The notes below the pieces were generated by a model, which had not been told where the DNA came from, made no database searches, and worked only from the letters and a program-made list of their open reading frames with translations. A DNA stretch of 64,000 nucleotides, from NCBI GenBank assembly GCA_003971905.1, contig RSEE01000014.1, positions 124,001 to 188,000 of the forward strand, in the 5' to 3' direction. Positions 1 to 12,549 of this stretch are shown piece after piece. A program made the translations under genes and the position numbers. The stretch is from Moniliella sp. 'wahieum'. Its lineage: Eukaryota. The stretch's first letter is position 1. The number at the start of each line of letters is the position of its first letter.

Positions 1-443
1 ATCCACGCTCCGCTACCCGGTTTCCCTTGCCGCTGCCCCAAGCCGCACCACGACAGGGATTCACTATGCTACCATCAGTACGCATGGTGCCGACACTACA
101 GCCGAATCAAGGGTCCGCCAACGATTCCATCCGAACGTAGCTTTACGCACATCTACGTACCCCATTCCCTTCTCTACCTCGGTCCCCGACGAGTCGAGCA
201 TGTCATCCGATGTGCCGACCACTGCGTGGCGCCGAAGTGAATTATTGTCTTCTTTCCATCGAAGGCAGCCCAGGGTAACCATCTCTGAGGCTCACCAAGC
301 CTACCACCACCTTGTCGATTGCCCTAGATCTTCCCCCGACGGCCAAGAATTTATTGAACATCCAACATCGCACGGTGTCGGCACAGCAGACTGCACATGC
401 AGCCTGCTGCAACGCCCATCTTCAAACGTGAGTTCGGTACGTT

Positions 444-1334
444 TTGGTTTTCTCTCGGTTTCTGCTCTCTCTTCCCTTTTGGCTGACTCAACGACATCAT
501 GCCAGGTCGCAACGGTGCGTCCTGGTACGTACGGGACCGAACAACGTCCTCTCACTCTTTGTACCCGTTGGCCACGCGGAAGCTGGCGTCCCACCGGAAC
601 TAGCGACGCCTATACCCCACCCATTGCTCCTGCCCTGCCCACCCCGTCCGTCCCTGTCCACCGACCAACCTCTTCTTCCCGTTTTTGCATCCAACGACCC
701 CCCCTCTCAAGAAACGTACCCTGCCACCATCACCTCCACACCCTTGGCTACCCCTATGGCGATCCCTACTCCTACCCCCTCCAACCCCATGGACCCGAAC
801 GGCGGCCACGATGACCCCCCTCCGCCGTATACCCTGTTGCCCGAAGACGAGTCTGTGCAAATGGCTTGGTCTGCCCCGGCCGCATTTAGCGTTCCGGCGC
901 AGTTGGCGCCTTTGACCCCGACCGCGTCTGACCCGGATCAAGTTGCGCCTCGTCCTACCGCGTTTGTTGCTTTCCCCCCGCTGCCACCGATGCAGGAGGT
1001 GATCACGCGGGTAGCAGAAAAACACGGGCCATACGAAGCGCTGCGTTCGGCGCGCTCCTACCGCCTGTTACTTTCCCTGGGTCCAACCAGGCTGTGGGGC
1101 CGGGAAACGGAGCGACTAGAGGCATCGTGTCGCAACTGGGAGCGAGGGTGTGGGTTGTGTACGCGAGCTTTGGTACGGGATGCAACGCGTACCCAGCCCG
1201 TGGCCAATGACTTTACGGGCTCGCGCGAAGTTACCCTTCTTTCGTGCCTGCATGGGTTCCATACGCGCTGTGTGATCCAGCATGTGGGTCGCGGTGGCTT
1301 GGCCTGCCCAGTGTGCAGGCGAGCGTACAGCTAA
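444..1334 (+). CDS. RING-H2 finger protein (putative E3 ligase) with Pro-rich region and PPPPY motif; 5' structure uncertain and may begin upstream
   Basis: C-terminal CGLC...CLHGFHTRC...CPVC fits C3H2C3 spacing and ends at TAA 1332-1334. An intron-like segment (GTGAGT 428 or GTACGT 437, GCTGAC 482, CAG 505) suggests upstream exons. Confidence 0.6.
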   Translation: MVFSRFLLSLPFWLTQRHHARSQRCVLVRTGPNNVLSLFVPVGHAEAGVPPELATPIPHPLLLPCPPRPSLSTDQPLLPVFASNDPPSQETYPATITSTPLATPMAIPTPTPSNPMDPNGGHDDPPPPYTLLPEDESVQMAWSAPAAFSVPAQLAPLTPTASDPDQVAPRPTAFVAFPPLPPMQEVITRVAEKHGPYEALRSARSYRLLLSLGPTRLWGRETERLEASCRNWERGCGLCTRALVRDATRTQPVANDFTGSREVTLLSCLHGFHTRCVIQHVGRGGLACPVCRRAYS

Positions 1335-1603
1335 AAGGGCCTTTGGTTGGCGCTGGTGTGGGTTCTCGATTTGTTTGACACTCCCACTGCCGACGACTGC
1401 CGACGTACGCAGCTGGGTATGGCTGGCTGGGTCGGACTTCTTCGGTGTACATGTAACTGTGTATCTGAGTGTGTATCTATTCCATTCCATAGTTCCATTC
1501 CATTTCATTCAATTCGCTCGCCACCATCTTGAGTGTACCAACTCCCAACGGGGGTCGTAGAAGGTTTTATAGAGTTGTTACAAGACAAACTATGTATCAC
1601 GTG

Positions 1604-1693
1604 TCCTCGATGGTCCAACGGCTATGATGTGACGCTCTCACAGCTTGTTTGCTGGGAACCGTCAAGACCCGGGTTCGACTCCCGGTCGGGGAA
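1604..1693 (+). tRNA. tRNA-Glu(CTC) with 18-nt intron (1641-1658)
   Basis: Acceptor stem TCCTCGA/TCGGGGA, anticodon stem TGACG/CGTCA, anticodon CTC at 1637-1639, T-arm CCGGG-TTCGACT-CCCGG, and a downstream T-run (Pol III terminator). Confidence 0.95.
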
Positions 1694-2828
1694 CTATCTT
1701 TTTGGCGCAAACAGATCCGCACGCTCGGTTCCATGGGCGACCTGCTGGCAACCAAGCGAAACGCAACCGAGCGAAACGCAAGGATGTTGGAGAAGACAGA
1801 AATGAAAGAAGGGGGCTCTTCTCCGCACTCGGTAACTCCGTAGCCAGTGTGGTTCGGGGGGGGGGGGGGCGGGGGTAGCGGCTGATGAGACCTGGAGTCC
1901 AGATGGTCCTCGAGGGTGATGCAATCGCACTAGTGGTGGTGGTGGTCTAAGCCAACCAGCAACGCCTACTGAGGAACATCAAGCAGCGAGTCGCCACCCG
2001 GGCTAAGCTGCGGAACAAGGAAACACAGGAGAGAGAAAAAAACGGAACTCCTAGGCCTGAGGAGGAACTGAAGGGACATTGGCCAAAGCACGAGCCACCT
2101 GGCTCAACAGCGGCGGCCTTTAGTTGCGTCCCCCTCCCCTCCTTCCCTCTCCCCTCTGCAAATCCGCCCATGCTCCAGAGACCGTCCGTCTTAGTCACTC
2201 ACAAGTCTGATTCCATAGCGCCAGGTCGGATTCATCACGTAGTTCAATAGCCAGTGATAGTGGTACAATGAAAAGTGAAGTGATGGGGGAGTCGCATAAA
2301 GGCTGATACCCCCTTCCACAGTGGGACCTAACAACGTTTGCGTCCCTACACAACTAGCTGGGAGTTTGGGGGGTGCGGTACTTGTCTGATATGATGGATG
2401 CCGTGCGTCCGTCCCATATAATGTGTATGTGTTGGATGCGGTTTCGATCGTGCCAGAATGTGAGGCTCTCTACTTGGAACGTAGAATCGAGCACATGCGT
2501 CGCTGGTTCACAGGTCACAGGTGGGAATGTCTTGGTGGAGAGAAAAAGGAACCAAGAAAGTCAAGTGGGGCGAATGCCATGATGATCATGATGGGTAACG
2601 GAGAGGAAGGAAAGAAGAGGCATGATGCATGATGTCATGGGGAGGAGCTGAAGAAGTATGGTAAGTGTACACAAAGTGAGATATCGATTCATCGACCATC
2701 GACCATACGATCGATCATTGATTCGATCATGCAGGCCGTCTTCGCGCAAGGCAAGTCGCTAGTCAGGACATAGGAACCCGCCTCGGGCAGCGTGGTACTT
2801 ACTAACCCTGCTGGGCTTCATCAACGCA

Positions 2829-5823
2829 TCAACGCATCAACAAGGTCCAGGCCCAGGTCCAAAAGCCCAGGCCCACAGATAACTGAGCACCGGTCGGGTC
2901 AGGAACCAAGATCGGTACCGGGTGAGGTAGGGAGCGAGTCCGTGTCCCCGTCCTTGGTAACGGCGACGCCCTGCATCGGGGAAAGGTACCCTCTCGCCGT
3001 TCGCACAAGGTGCAAAGACACATGGTCAATGTACCCCCTACCGTGCGCCAGAGGGCAAGTAGACGCTCAGTGCATTGGGAGCTGAGATGGTACCGGTCCA
3101 AAGGGATGCGAGGCGGTGCGAGCGGCACAGTGCTGGTCAGCCAGAGCTGAGGCATCTGCAACTTGTCCAACAGTTCCTCCAACTCCCATTGTTGGGATCA
3201 CGTTCGGTCACCTGACCCACTTCGTCACGCAGCAGAGCGCCATTCTCTTGGCTCTGTATCCATTCTGACAAATTGGTGAGCCCCGCCCGTGTCCGCTCCT
3301 CAAACACCCGCCACCAGCACCCCTCGAGTTCGTGTTGCAGCCTGGCGAGATCGGCAACGGAGGTAACTGCAGCGCCACCACGCCGGTTTCAGTTTGGATA
3401 GAAACGCGGGTCGCCAAGCCATACTGCGCAAGCCGTTCTTGTGGACTGAACCAAACCCCTACCCATGGCCCCAGACAGACACAAGACACCGTCAGTTGAG
3501 TTTCCACGCATGCAAGAGACAAGCTCTGAAAAGGAAAAAAAGGTACCAACCATTGTGAAAGGATTGGATGCAGTAGTGTTCGAGGGAGCGGGTACGGATG
3601 TGCTGCTCATCCTCCGGCGTCATTGCCAATATCTCCCGCACACGTGGGTTGCGCGCCTCGTCAAGCGCGATCGCTTCCTCGTCTTCCGAGTCGAAAACCA
3701 CCTCCTCATCCGGCGGTTCATCGTCTAGGTTGAGCGAAATGGAGCCCGAACCAGCATTGGACCACGCCTCGTCTGCCTCGGACACGCCGTTGAGCTCAAG
3801 ATTGAGCTGCACTGCCAGACGCTCATCTTCCTCGTACCGAGCCATTGCTGCTCAGAAGAAAGGCTTCTGCGCGAGGCCGGCACGCTCGCTACCCTCTCCA
3901 TATCTCCGTCCTGGTCCGGAGGGATCCCAGTCCGTCCAGGGGAGATGAGGAGCCGGTACTGACCTCTTGCACTTCATCCGCATCAACCTCGTTGGGTCGG
4001 CGCATGAGAGAGTCAGAGAGTAGAGAGGATCGTGGGCGACGTTTATGCGGTTGCGCTGGACCACCACCGCAATGGCCATATCGGGATGGATGGGCTTTTC
4101 GCGCCGCTTGCCTTTGGTGCTGCTAGGTTCGTGTGGGATCAGAGTAGGTAAATCATGTTGGGCTAGAAAGGCGGTGATCAAATGCCTACCTTGGCGTTCC
4201 CATTCCAGCGCGCGTTGTTCCCGAGCCTGGTTCCAGTACTCGAGCCGTTCTCGTCGCACCTCTTGTTGTGTCGCCTGGAGACGCTCTGCATACACTTGTT
4301 GGTTTGTGCACCGATAGGGCCTGCTTGGTCCGCCCCCGCTCGGCCCGAATCAGCTGCATCGAAGCATGGACCGTGAGCCAAACGTCCTCCGTCAAGGAAG
4401 ATTGGACCTCCAACAATGTGGGCACACCGCGACTCACAAAGTCCCGTCGCGCTCGGTTCTCTACAGGCCAGGAGGTGCTCGATGGGTAAGGAGGACCCTG
4501 CCTGAACAGCACGCTGCAACACCGCCCCACCCACCTGGCTGGCCAGTTGGGTCCGGCACAGCATACACAGTACTTCGAACGACTCGAGCGTCCCGCTCTT
4601 TGCTAGTCGCAACTCCGTACCTCCCGATTGAAAGCAGCGGCGACAACAGCCAGGCAGTATGGTCGATTTCCGATTCAAGAGAAAGGGATTCGTCGGACCC
4701 ATCCACCTCGAGATCAACAGGCGAAGCGGCATGGGAAGCGCAAAGTGCCACGGGTCCCAATGACGTAGAGATCAGGTTTACCGGTCGAGAGCCCAACACA
4801 CCATGTTCGTAAGATGGACTGCCTACTTCGTCCATCATCTCGTCCATCTCCATAGACAGTTGAATCATGCGTTCGGTGGTGCCCGCGCTGACGAGACAAG
4901 CCAGACACATATGATCCATCTGCCACATTGTTTTGAAACACGCCTCGGCGCGCGAGGAGAGACGATGCTGAGTCCTGGCACGTTGCATGTCGCTCTCCAT
5001 CTGGTCGACGGTGAAAGGATTGTGAACGCAGTCAAAGATGGCGGGCCAAAAGGATGCTCTTGCGTCGCTGTCCGCCACGCTGGACTTAGCTGGGCCAAGG
5101 TGCTGAGCATCCTGCGCCACCGCACATAACCCACTGTCCACACGCCCAAACACAGCCGCATGGTTTCGGCCCGCATGAACGTTGAGGACAAGATGGCTGA
5201 GTGACGCGCCTGTGCATTCGTTTCACTTGGGGCTGGCATCGCAAGGGCTGCCTCGCGGTGGCCATCGCTTGGGCAAACACTGTGCTGGAAGGTGGCGTGC
5301 AATGCAAAGGGAGAGGGGCTTGAAGGAGACGTTGCCACTGAACATGCAGTCCCAAAGGGTGGGTCATCACCACATCTTTCGGATGCAGGTAAGAGAGAAT
5401 GCGCTGCACCACGACCAGTGGCAAGCGTGCCCAGGGAGAGGAAATGGGAGTACGGAGAGGAGAGTGGGGGGTGGCGGGGAAGAGTGCTTTCTATTGGCTG
5501 TTCTGCGTCTTTCATATCGTCCTCAGAGGAGTGGCCCACCGGGGAAGGTGGGGTAGTACCGGCGGTGCAACTAGTCGGAACACTGGGGCCCCGGGTCGGG
5601 TCCAGCTCGGCACCAGTATGGGCGTCGTCAGGGGGTATCGCTGAGGTGGTGCGGGCTGGTGCCGGCTGAGACTGACGCGGTGCTAGCGGTTCCCGCTCCA
5701 CTCGAGCAGGAGCTGTGTGAGCTGGTGGTGAAGCCGGGGCGTGCTGTTGCTTGCGGCGCTTGGCTACCCGCTCGGGGCCATCATCACACGCGGGCGGATG
5801 GCAGAGTACAGCTTGGGGCGCAT
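2829..5823 (-). CDS. Large putative F-box protein, split over several frames by indels; ends approximate
   Basis: F-box-like LPLVVVQRILSYLHPKDV near 5370-5425 follows an N-terminal KRRK segment. Successive same-strand protein-like ORFs (4865-5701, 4461-5153, 3852-4295, 3492-3845, 2829-3182) include acidic and Cys-rich (CLCTLC) parts. Confidence 0.5.
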
Positions 5824-6652
5824 GCTACACATGGGCCAGGAAGAGAGTAGAGGCGTGGGAGGCGCGGGAGGCGTGGGAGACAAAGCGGGACGCGAGAGTA
5901 CAAGGGGTGCGGGCGATGCGAGGGACGCAGGAGCACAGTGGACAAGGGAGACGCGGTGGAGGTGGTGGTGAGGAGGGGCCGGGGGGCGGTGGGTGGCCAG
6001 TGCGTAGCCTATACGCTGGGCTCTCAGAGTGGCTCCGCCCGAGGGAGGCGTGAGGTGGGGGCCAAAGTACACCCTACTCTGTGCGTGCGTAAGTACCCAG
6101 TGGGGGCCAGTCACATCACGCATCATAACGCTGGCAGGATGCATGATGCATGCGTGATCGTGTATAGATGATTGCCGCCCCCTGCCGCGCCTGCTGCCAG
6201 GGTGCAACTAGGGTTGCTGACACACACAGCCACCTGCTGCCCCCTGCTGCCTCGGCGCCCACTCAGCTCTAGGGTTGTGCCCTGTTGCGCCACTCTTGCC
6301 ACTCATCATGCACCATGCACCACACATCACCCATCTCTGTTGCATCTCTGCCCGCTTGCCGGTTGGCACGGCTGCAGAGCAAACACATTTCATTTTCACG
6401 GCCTCGCTGTGCTCAGCCGCTCACGTGCCATTCAAGCGACGGCGCCGGCCAGCGGAACTGCGCCGCCAAGATGCTGTTTCCAGCAGCTACGTACCCTGCT
6501 GCACATCGATCGCCACTACTGTTGGCTGCCCTCCAGTCACTTGTCAGGCAGAGCATGACAAAATACGATGCGCCTTTTGTGCGTGGGGGGGTCGTTGCGG
6601 GAATGAGTGCTGAGTAGCCAGCGACAGCGAGCCGAGGAAGAGGGGGAGGGGA

Positions 6653-7747
6653 TTAGAAGCGCTTGGCGTTGTGGACGCGCTTGTACTTGTAGAAGTAATA
6701 CACCCCGCCGCCCACCGCTCCCAGCACCAGGGCAACCTTGAGCACAAACCAAATAAAGCGAAACACGGCCGCAAAGAAGCGGTGGATGATGCCTGGGCCC
6801 GACGCACCGCCCTTGTTGCCCGCCTTGCCTGCCTGGCCCCATGCCCCGGGAACCGTACGCCTCGGCCGGTACCCCCCTTGGCCAGAGGCTTGTGTACGAT
6901 CGAATGCGTTTCGACCGAAATCAGCTCGTGGTTGTCCGACACATCGCCCGTCGCAGCCGTAAACCCAAGGAACGGGTTCTCGGGCAACTTGAAGTGGTCA
7001 ATCTCACTGCAAGACAGGAAAGGGGTAGGAAAGATCAGTTAGTACTTGGGATGTAGTGGCGTCCTTGCATAGGGGGTGCCTTGGCGCCATCGAGAAGGTA
7101 CTTACAAGCACGACTCCCACTCTTCCCACTCCTTGGTGTGCAGCTGGAGTTCAATGTACTCGCCATCCACATACGTCAACCTGGCACGGGCCGAGACAGG
7201 TGTGTCGCGGAAAGGGACGGAACATCCGCCCACCTCGAGGTTGGCCCCGTCCTGGTCGGGCACATAGGGCGTGTACTTGCCCCCCTGCAAGGCCATGACA
7301 CGGGGGAACGCATAGGGGTGACGACCATTGGCGTACGTGTCAAAAACGACGCCCAGGCCTTGGAACGTAGCCTGGTTGCCCAGTGCATTGCCAGTCTGTG
7401 CGCGTTCCGAGGTGAGCCAGAGCGCCATGCCATCCCCAAAAAGATGGTGGGAACGGCCCGTGATGGAAAACTCAAACGTGATCTGAAAGTCGCGTGCACG
7501 AACGGGATTGCGAGTCCAGATCCATCCCTTCTGGGATTTCTTGTCCGGGTCAACCGGACGCCGCGAGCAGTGTCGATGATGGTGTCGCCGCCAAAGTCCA
7601 GAACTGGTTTTGCAGATCGCTGTCCACATAGGGCTGGTGAAGCGACGCGGCCTTGAGCGAAATGAGCGCTCGTAGTCGTCCTGCGTATACGCGCCTCGCC
7701 CCAGCGACGCTGCACACACACACGAGCAGCACAGCAACCAGCAACAT
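6653..7747 (-). CDS. L-type lectin cargo receptor (VIP36/ERGIC-53/Emp46-47 family); intron 7007-7105
   Basis: Signal peptide MLLVAVLLVC; motifs QPYVDSDLQN..WDFGGDTII, LFGDGMALWLT, GLGVVFDTYAN and FLGFTAATGDVSDNHELIS; C-terminal hydrophobic segment ending KRF-stop. The intron has GTAAGT, TACTAAC and CAG. Confidence 0.92.
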
Positions 7748-7867
7748 GATGGGCAACCTGCAACCCTGCCAGCGCAGCGTCGAACGCCCTCACCAACTCT
7801 TCGTCCGTCCAACCCCTTGGTTGCGGCTCAACACGGCAGCGCCACTTAGCATTCGTTCCGCCATTCC

Positions 7868-7876
7868 GCCACGTCA
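7868..7876 (-). promoter_or_regulatory. UPRE-like element TGACGTGGC upstream of the L-type lectin gene
   Basis: Matches the XBP1/Hac1-type TGACGTGG core, about 120 bp upstream of the ATG of an ER-Golgi cargo receptor. Confidence 0.35.
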
Positions 7877-10800
7877 TCACACGTACCCCGGCTCAGGGCA
7901 GTGTGACGCTTCGATTCCGGCTTTCGATTCCACCATGCCCAATCATGCATCATAGATCATCGATCAGCAAGTGATATCGCCCGCCGTTCGTACGCTTTGA
8001 ACTTTCAACTTTCACCGATCTGCAGTTACTAGTTACTAGTTACTGGGAGAAGAGCCAATTTCCTTGTTAGTATACTGATGATCATCTCTCTCCTCTCCCC
8101 CCCTCTCTCCCTCTTTCTGGAGATGCAATACCAAAAGGCACATGCCTTGCTTCCACCGTGGATGCAAGAAACGGATCAATCCAGCTTACCTTCCCCTTCC
8201 TCCAGGCCGTCGGCAATAAGCAGGTCTCCTCGCTCTCTCACACATCCCCTCGTGTGTATACTCCGCGGTCCAAAACGGCCATTCTTTTTCTGCCAAACAA
8301 AGAGTAAGTCGTGACGTAGAGTGAACTTTGCGGACCACACTCTATATAATGTCGACAAACAGGTGTATGGTTTGCTCCTTTTCAAAATCCTTGACCGAAC
8401 TCATCTTGAAGGAATCTTTTATACATTATGGATGCCGCCGTGGTATAGTATTGATTCACATGCTGCATTACATTGAGTGGTTCCTGATATACCAGAGGAA
8501 GGAGAAGCATCACACGAAGAAAAAAATATGATAGAGACAGACGACACTAATTAAAGGGCTCAAAAGGAAGATCTATTGGACAAAAGGTCAGGCATAACCA
8601 GTGGTGGTGCATATGTGTGGGGCCCTTATGCTCTGCCAGGGTCACTAGTGCGTCTGTACTAGTATCTGGGCTGCAATGGACTATTGGATGGGAAGGAAAC
8701 GCAGGTCGCAGAGTCCAACAGGGCCGTATAGACCTGATCAACGCAACAACGTCGCCTCTCTCAGACAGGTTCGCAGCAGAAGTCGTATTGTCTTCCGCGA
8801 ACACGTAGCCCGGATCCGTACAATAAAAGGTGATTACCGGATCATCGACATTGATGGCAAAACAGGTTCCTGCTTGAGAGCATAGATTGACGTGGCGGTT
8901 AAAGAGAACTACAACTCAGTCGAGAGGAAGCTGATGAGCTGGTCGCTGTGAACGTTAGACTGGGGAACCTAGGTTGTAAGCTAGGAGAAAATGGGAGTGG
9001 CTTGTGTCAAGGATGGACATTTTTGACGGATGTGAGGGTGTTGATACAACTATACATCATGAAAACTAAGTGAAGTTGAAGACAAGAGACGAAGAGCAAA
9101 TGATAAAGGTTCAGAAAGGTGCATTCAATACACAGGACAACAACTCCATTTATGAAGGAACTATAGAACAGATCCCATCACCTGGCGGCGAGCCGGCCCC
9201 CTTAGTAATTGGGAGCTGGGCCACCATTCCACCGTCATTCCGCCATCCCGTATTCACCGTTCCGCAGCCGTGCTCAGCAAGAAAGTGGAGCTAAGAGGGG
9301 GCTTCTTTCATCCTCTGTCAAAGACGAAAGAAAAAACGTCCATAAGAAGATAAATTCGGAGCAAGAACGAGACGCGCCCACAGAACAGGGAGAACGCAAG
9401 ACGTCAGCGCTCTTTTGCGCGTATTCAAGGTTGAGATAGAAACAATTTAAAGCCCACAACAGCGAAAGCACCGATCCCGACAGCATCACATGCAGAACGG
9501 ATCGGCCATATAGAGTACGACTTGCTGCGACTCGACCCACGCACTGAACAGGATAAAAAAGGGAATGTGATCCGTTTCGATAAGACGTAGTATACTTGCG
9601 TTTTGTTCAGACGAGCCAGTCAGGTGTTGACGTCAAAGCAACCAAGACAAAAGGGAGGAAAAAGAGGTTGCTTGTTTTTGGAAGGGGGGCGAGCTCGCCC
9701 TCCCTTTCGCCCGCGAGTCACATCTCGTTCTACTTCATCATCACAAAAAAGAGTCTATCTGCACTCCTGATAGGGAGATGATCTCCTTCCGCCCCATGGA
9801 CGGGTATTTGTGTGGGTATAATAATGCACTTTCATCCCTGCCCGGCATGCGTCTCCCTCCAACACACAGAACGATCTATCGCTTGATACGCTCTTTACAT
9901 GTATGTGCGCCACCCAAGGTGCTGGGTCAACTCGTTGCTCCGCACGCGCCTCCTTCTTTTGACGGTGCGGGGGGGGACGGGGGAACTCTTCTGTGGGGAA
10001 CTGTTAAACTTAGGGAAGGGAATGTGCGGCGAGTCTACCCGGCCCACGCCCGCCAGCGTTCTCGCCCGTAATGCGCAACACAAATTGCAATGATTTATAC
10101 CCGTACAAAGCCCAATAGCAAAAACAGATCGAGGAAACGGCTTTTAGCTCTCGTGCGGCAGGAACCATGCAGCGACCGAAGAGAGTCAATAGATGCTCCC
10201 CCGTAGCTTCCATCGCCCGTGCCTTTGTCAATCTGCGATGCCGATTGTGCTGTCAAACCACGGGATTGTCTTTCTTCAACGTCCGTTAACGTTGGGTTCT
10301 GCGCTCAGGTGCTCATGTGCTGCACTGAGTGTTGTTAGTGAGCAATGCTGATGGTGGGTCGATCGTCGTGATCGATCATTCATCATTTTTTTTCGTGAGA
10401 GAGAGAAGGGAGGCATGAGGTCCATTCGGCTGTGGCGGGGACGAGCTGCGATGATGACTAGTATCCGTGGCGAACGGAGACCTACTATGGGTCAAGATAC
10501 TTCGAGACCTACAAAAAGCCTTTCGCTATCATTTCTGTGGAGGGATGGGGGGTGTGGCGACGGCCACACGCTTGACCGTGCCCATTCTCCATCTGCAGTA
10601 TGCATTATGGGGCCATGTTCGAGGTGTCGGCCGGCCGCTTTACTCTAGTAAGGATAGTAATCGTGGCCGCTACATGGTATACGGGCCCCTTTTGCACGGT
10701 AGGGAGGGATGATCGATGAGCGACTGTGTGCCCGTTTTCTCTTGGCGCCGTACCATGTATGTACTACTACCCCGCCACAGAGTGTGGAGGGTGCCACCAT

Positions 10801-12230
10801 GACAGCGAACGGACGCGGGCTGGTACAACAGCTAGCAGCGCTGATGGGGTGGCTGCTATGGACATGCACGAGCCATGGGGTCGGACCAACATGTCCAAAG
10901 GAAGCAACACGATGAGGCTGTGGGGTAGCACGTTACGCGTTACACTTCTATAGCACGTAGCACGTCCAGGGTGGTGCGTCCAATACGTCCCGACCCTACC
11001 CAGTGCGATGAACATTTCGACACCGCTAGCTCGGCACTCGGCGGGTGCTGCCCGGTGCGGGAGCAGAGAGGGTATCCATAGGGCCAGCGCAGTGCGCTGG
11101 TGCGCTGGTGCGCAGGCCACCAGGGCGGGTGGATACCGGGGAGACGCATACGTACATCCCACACTGTCAGATCTAGCAGATCGGGAGGGCTCGCAGTGGG
11201 CCCATGCGTCGGACATACGAGCCGGAGGACGATAGTAATACGGGTGCGTGATGCCCTCAAGGCATGGGATCGGTGAGATCTCAGGCCGAGATCCGAGATC
11301 TCAGAGGCTGAGCGGCTGTGCGCTGGCTGAGGCGCTGAGGCTGAGACTTCCTCTGACGCCTGTGCATGGGCCTGCGGAGGCACTGGCGCACTCTGCAAGC
11401 GCACGTCGTTGCAGGGCACCTTGGTTGTTTGTAGGCGCGACGCTGAAAGTTGCAGCGTGCTGCTCTGGGCGCTGGGCGCTGGGGCAATGCTGGCACAGCT
11501 GCCACTGAAAACGTCCAACTTAAGAATCGGAATCTGAGATCTGAGATCGGAATAGAGTTGATCGAGATGATCGATGATCGATGCAAGGAGCGTGTGACGC
11601 TATGCATGATGCCGAGGGTCTGCCAGGGCCGTCAGATGCGCTGCGCTGCCGGTAACCGGTAAGCCTTCTGCCGCTGCATCACTAGCAGCATCACACATCA
11701 CGCGCCGCGACGCCCCTTGCATCTGCACGCATCGCCACTCCCACCATCCTTACCACCCCACCACCACCACCGCCGCCACTCGCTGCTGTCCAACCACCCG
11801 CCACCGTCACATCCTCTCCGCCCGCCGTCCCATCCTTTGGGCCCCTGGCTGTCCGTCTTCTGTTGCTGTAGCCGTTGCTGCTGCTGTTGCTGCTACCCTC
11901 CTAGTAGTGCTGCTGCTGCCGCCGCCCGTGCAGCCCCTCCTTCTTGCCGCTTAACCGCAGCCCCCCCGCCGCTGCTACCACCGCAGCCCCTGCGCTTCCC
12001 CTGCGCCACGCGTCCGCCAGCTCTTCCTGGCATTTAACGGCGCTGTTCACCCCCGCCCCCACACTCTCCCACCGCCTCTTCTCCCCCCCGGCAGCCGATC
12101 CGCGCCCTGCCACTTCTTCCTCTTCCACCCCACCACCCCCACCCAACCCAACCGTAGCGCTCTGTTTGCGCTGCTCTTACATGGTTGCTTGATTGTCCCA
12201 CTTCCTTATCTCCCTTCGTGTTGACCTTCC

Positions 12231-12316
12231 GTGAGTCATTTCTGCTGCTTTTTCCTGCACCCACATTTCTTGGCTAACCTGCTTGCCCCCTCGTCTCTCT
12301 GCACCGCTGTCAACAG
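12231..12316 (+). other. Probable 5'-UTR intron of wc-1
   Basis: GTGAGT donor at 12231, pyrimidine-rich body, GCTAAC branch near 12273 and CAG acceptor at 12316, all upstream of the ATG at 12550. Confidence 0.6.
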
Positions 12317-12549
12317 GATACCGTCAAGGTCGTTTTCCTCACTGGTATCCATCCCATTGCGCCCATCCCAAGTTTTGCCGCCTCCAGCCCAGTCCAGTCC
12401 CTCACCGCCTATCTCAATCCCGCTATCTGCTACCGAACATCCACTTCTGCTGTGGACTATTCTCGCGTGCTTGGTTTATTCTGGTATTTTTCGCTACCGA
12501 CCCGTCTCGATTGATTGTACCATCCTCCTCACCCTCGTGCCGTTTTCCC

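Noticed and set aside
1856..1876. Poly-G run as a functional G-quadruplex
   Set aside because: Homopolymer length is unreliable in this assembly and there is no supporting context.
2576..2655. ATGATGA...CTGA as a C/D snoRNA
   Set aside because: No terminal stem, and the region is explained by CATGATG low-complexity repeats.
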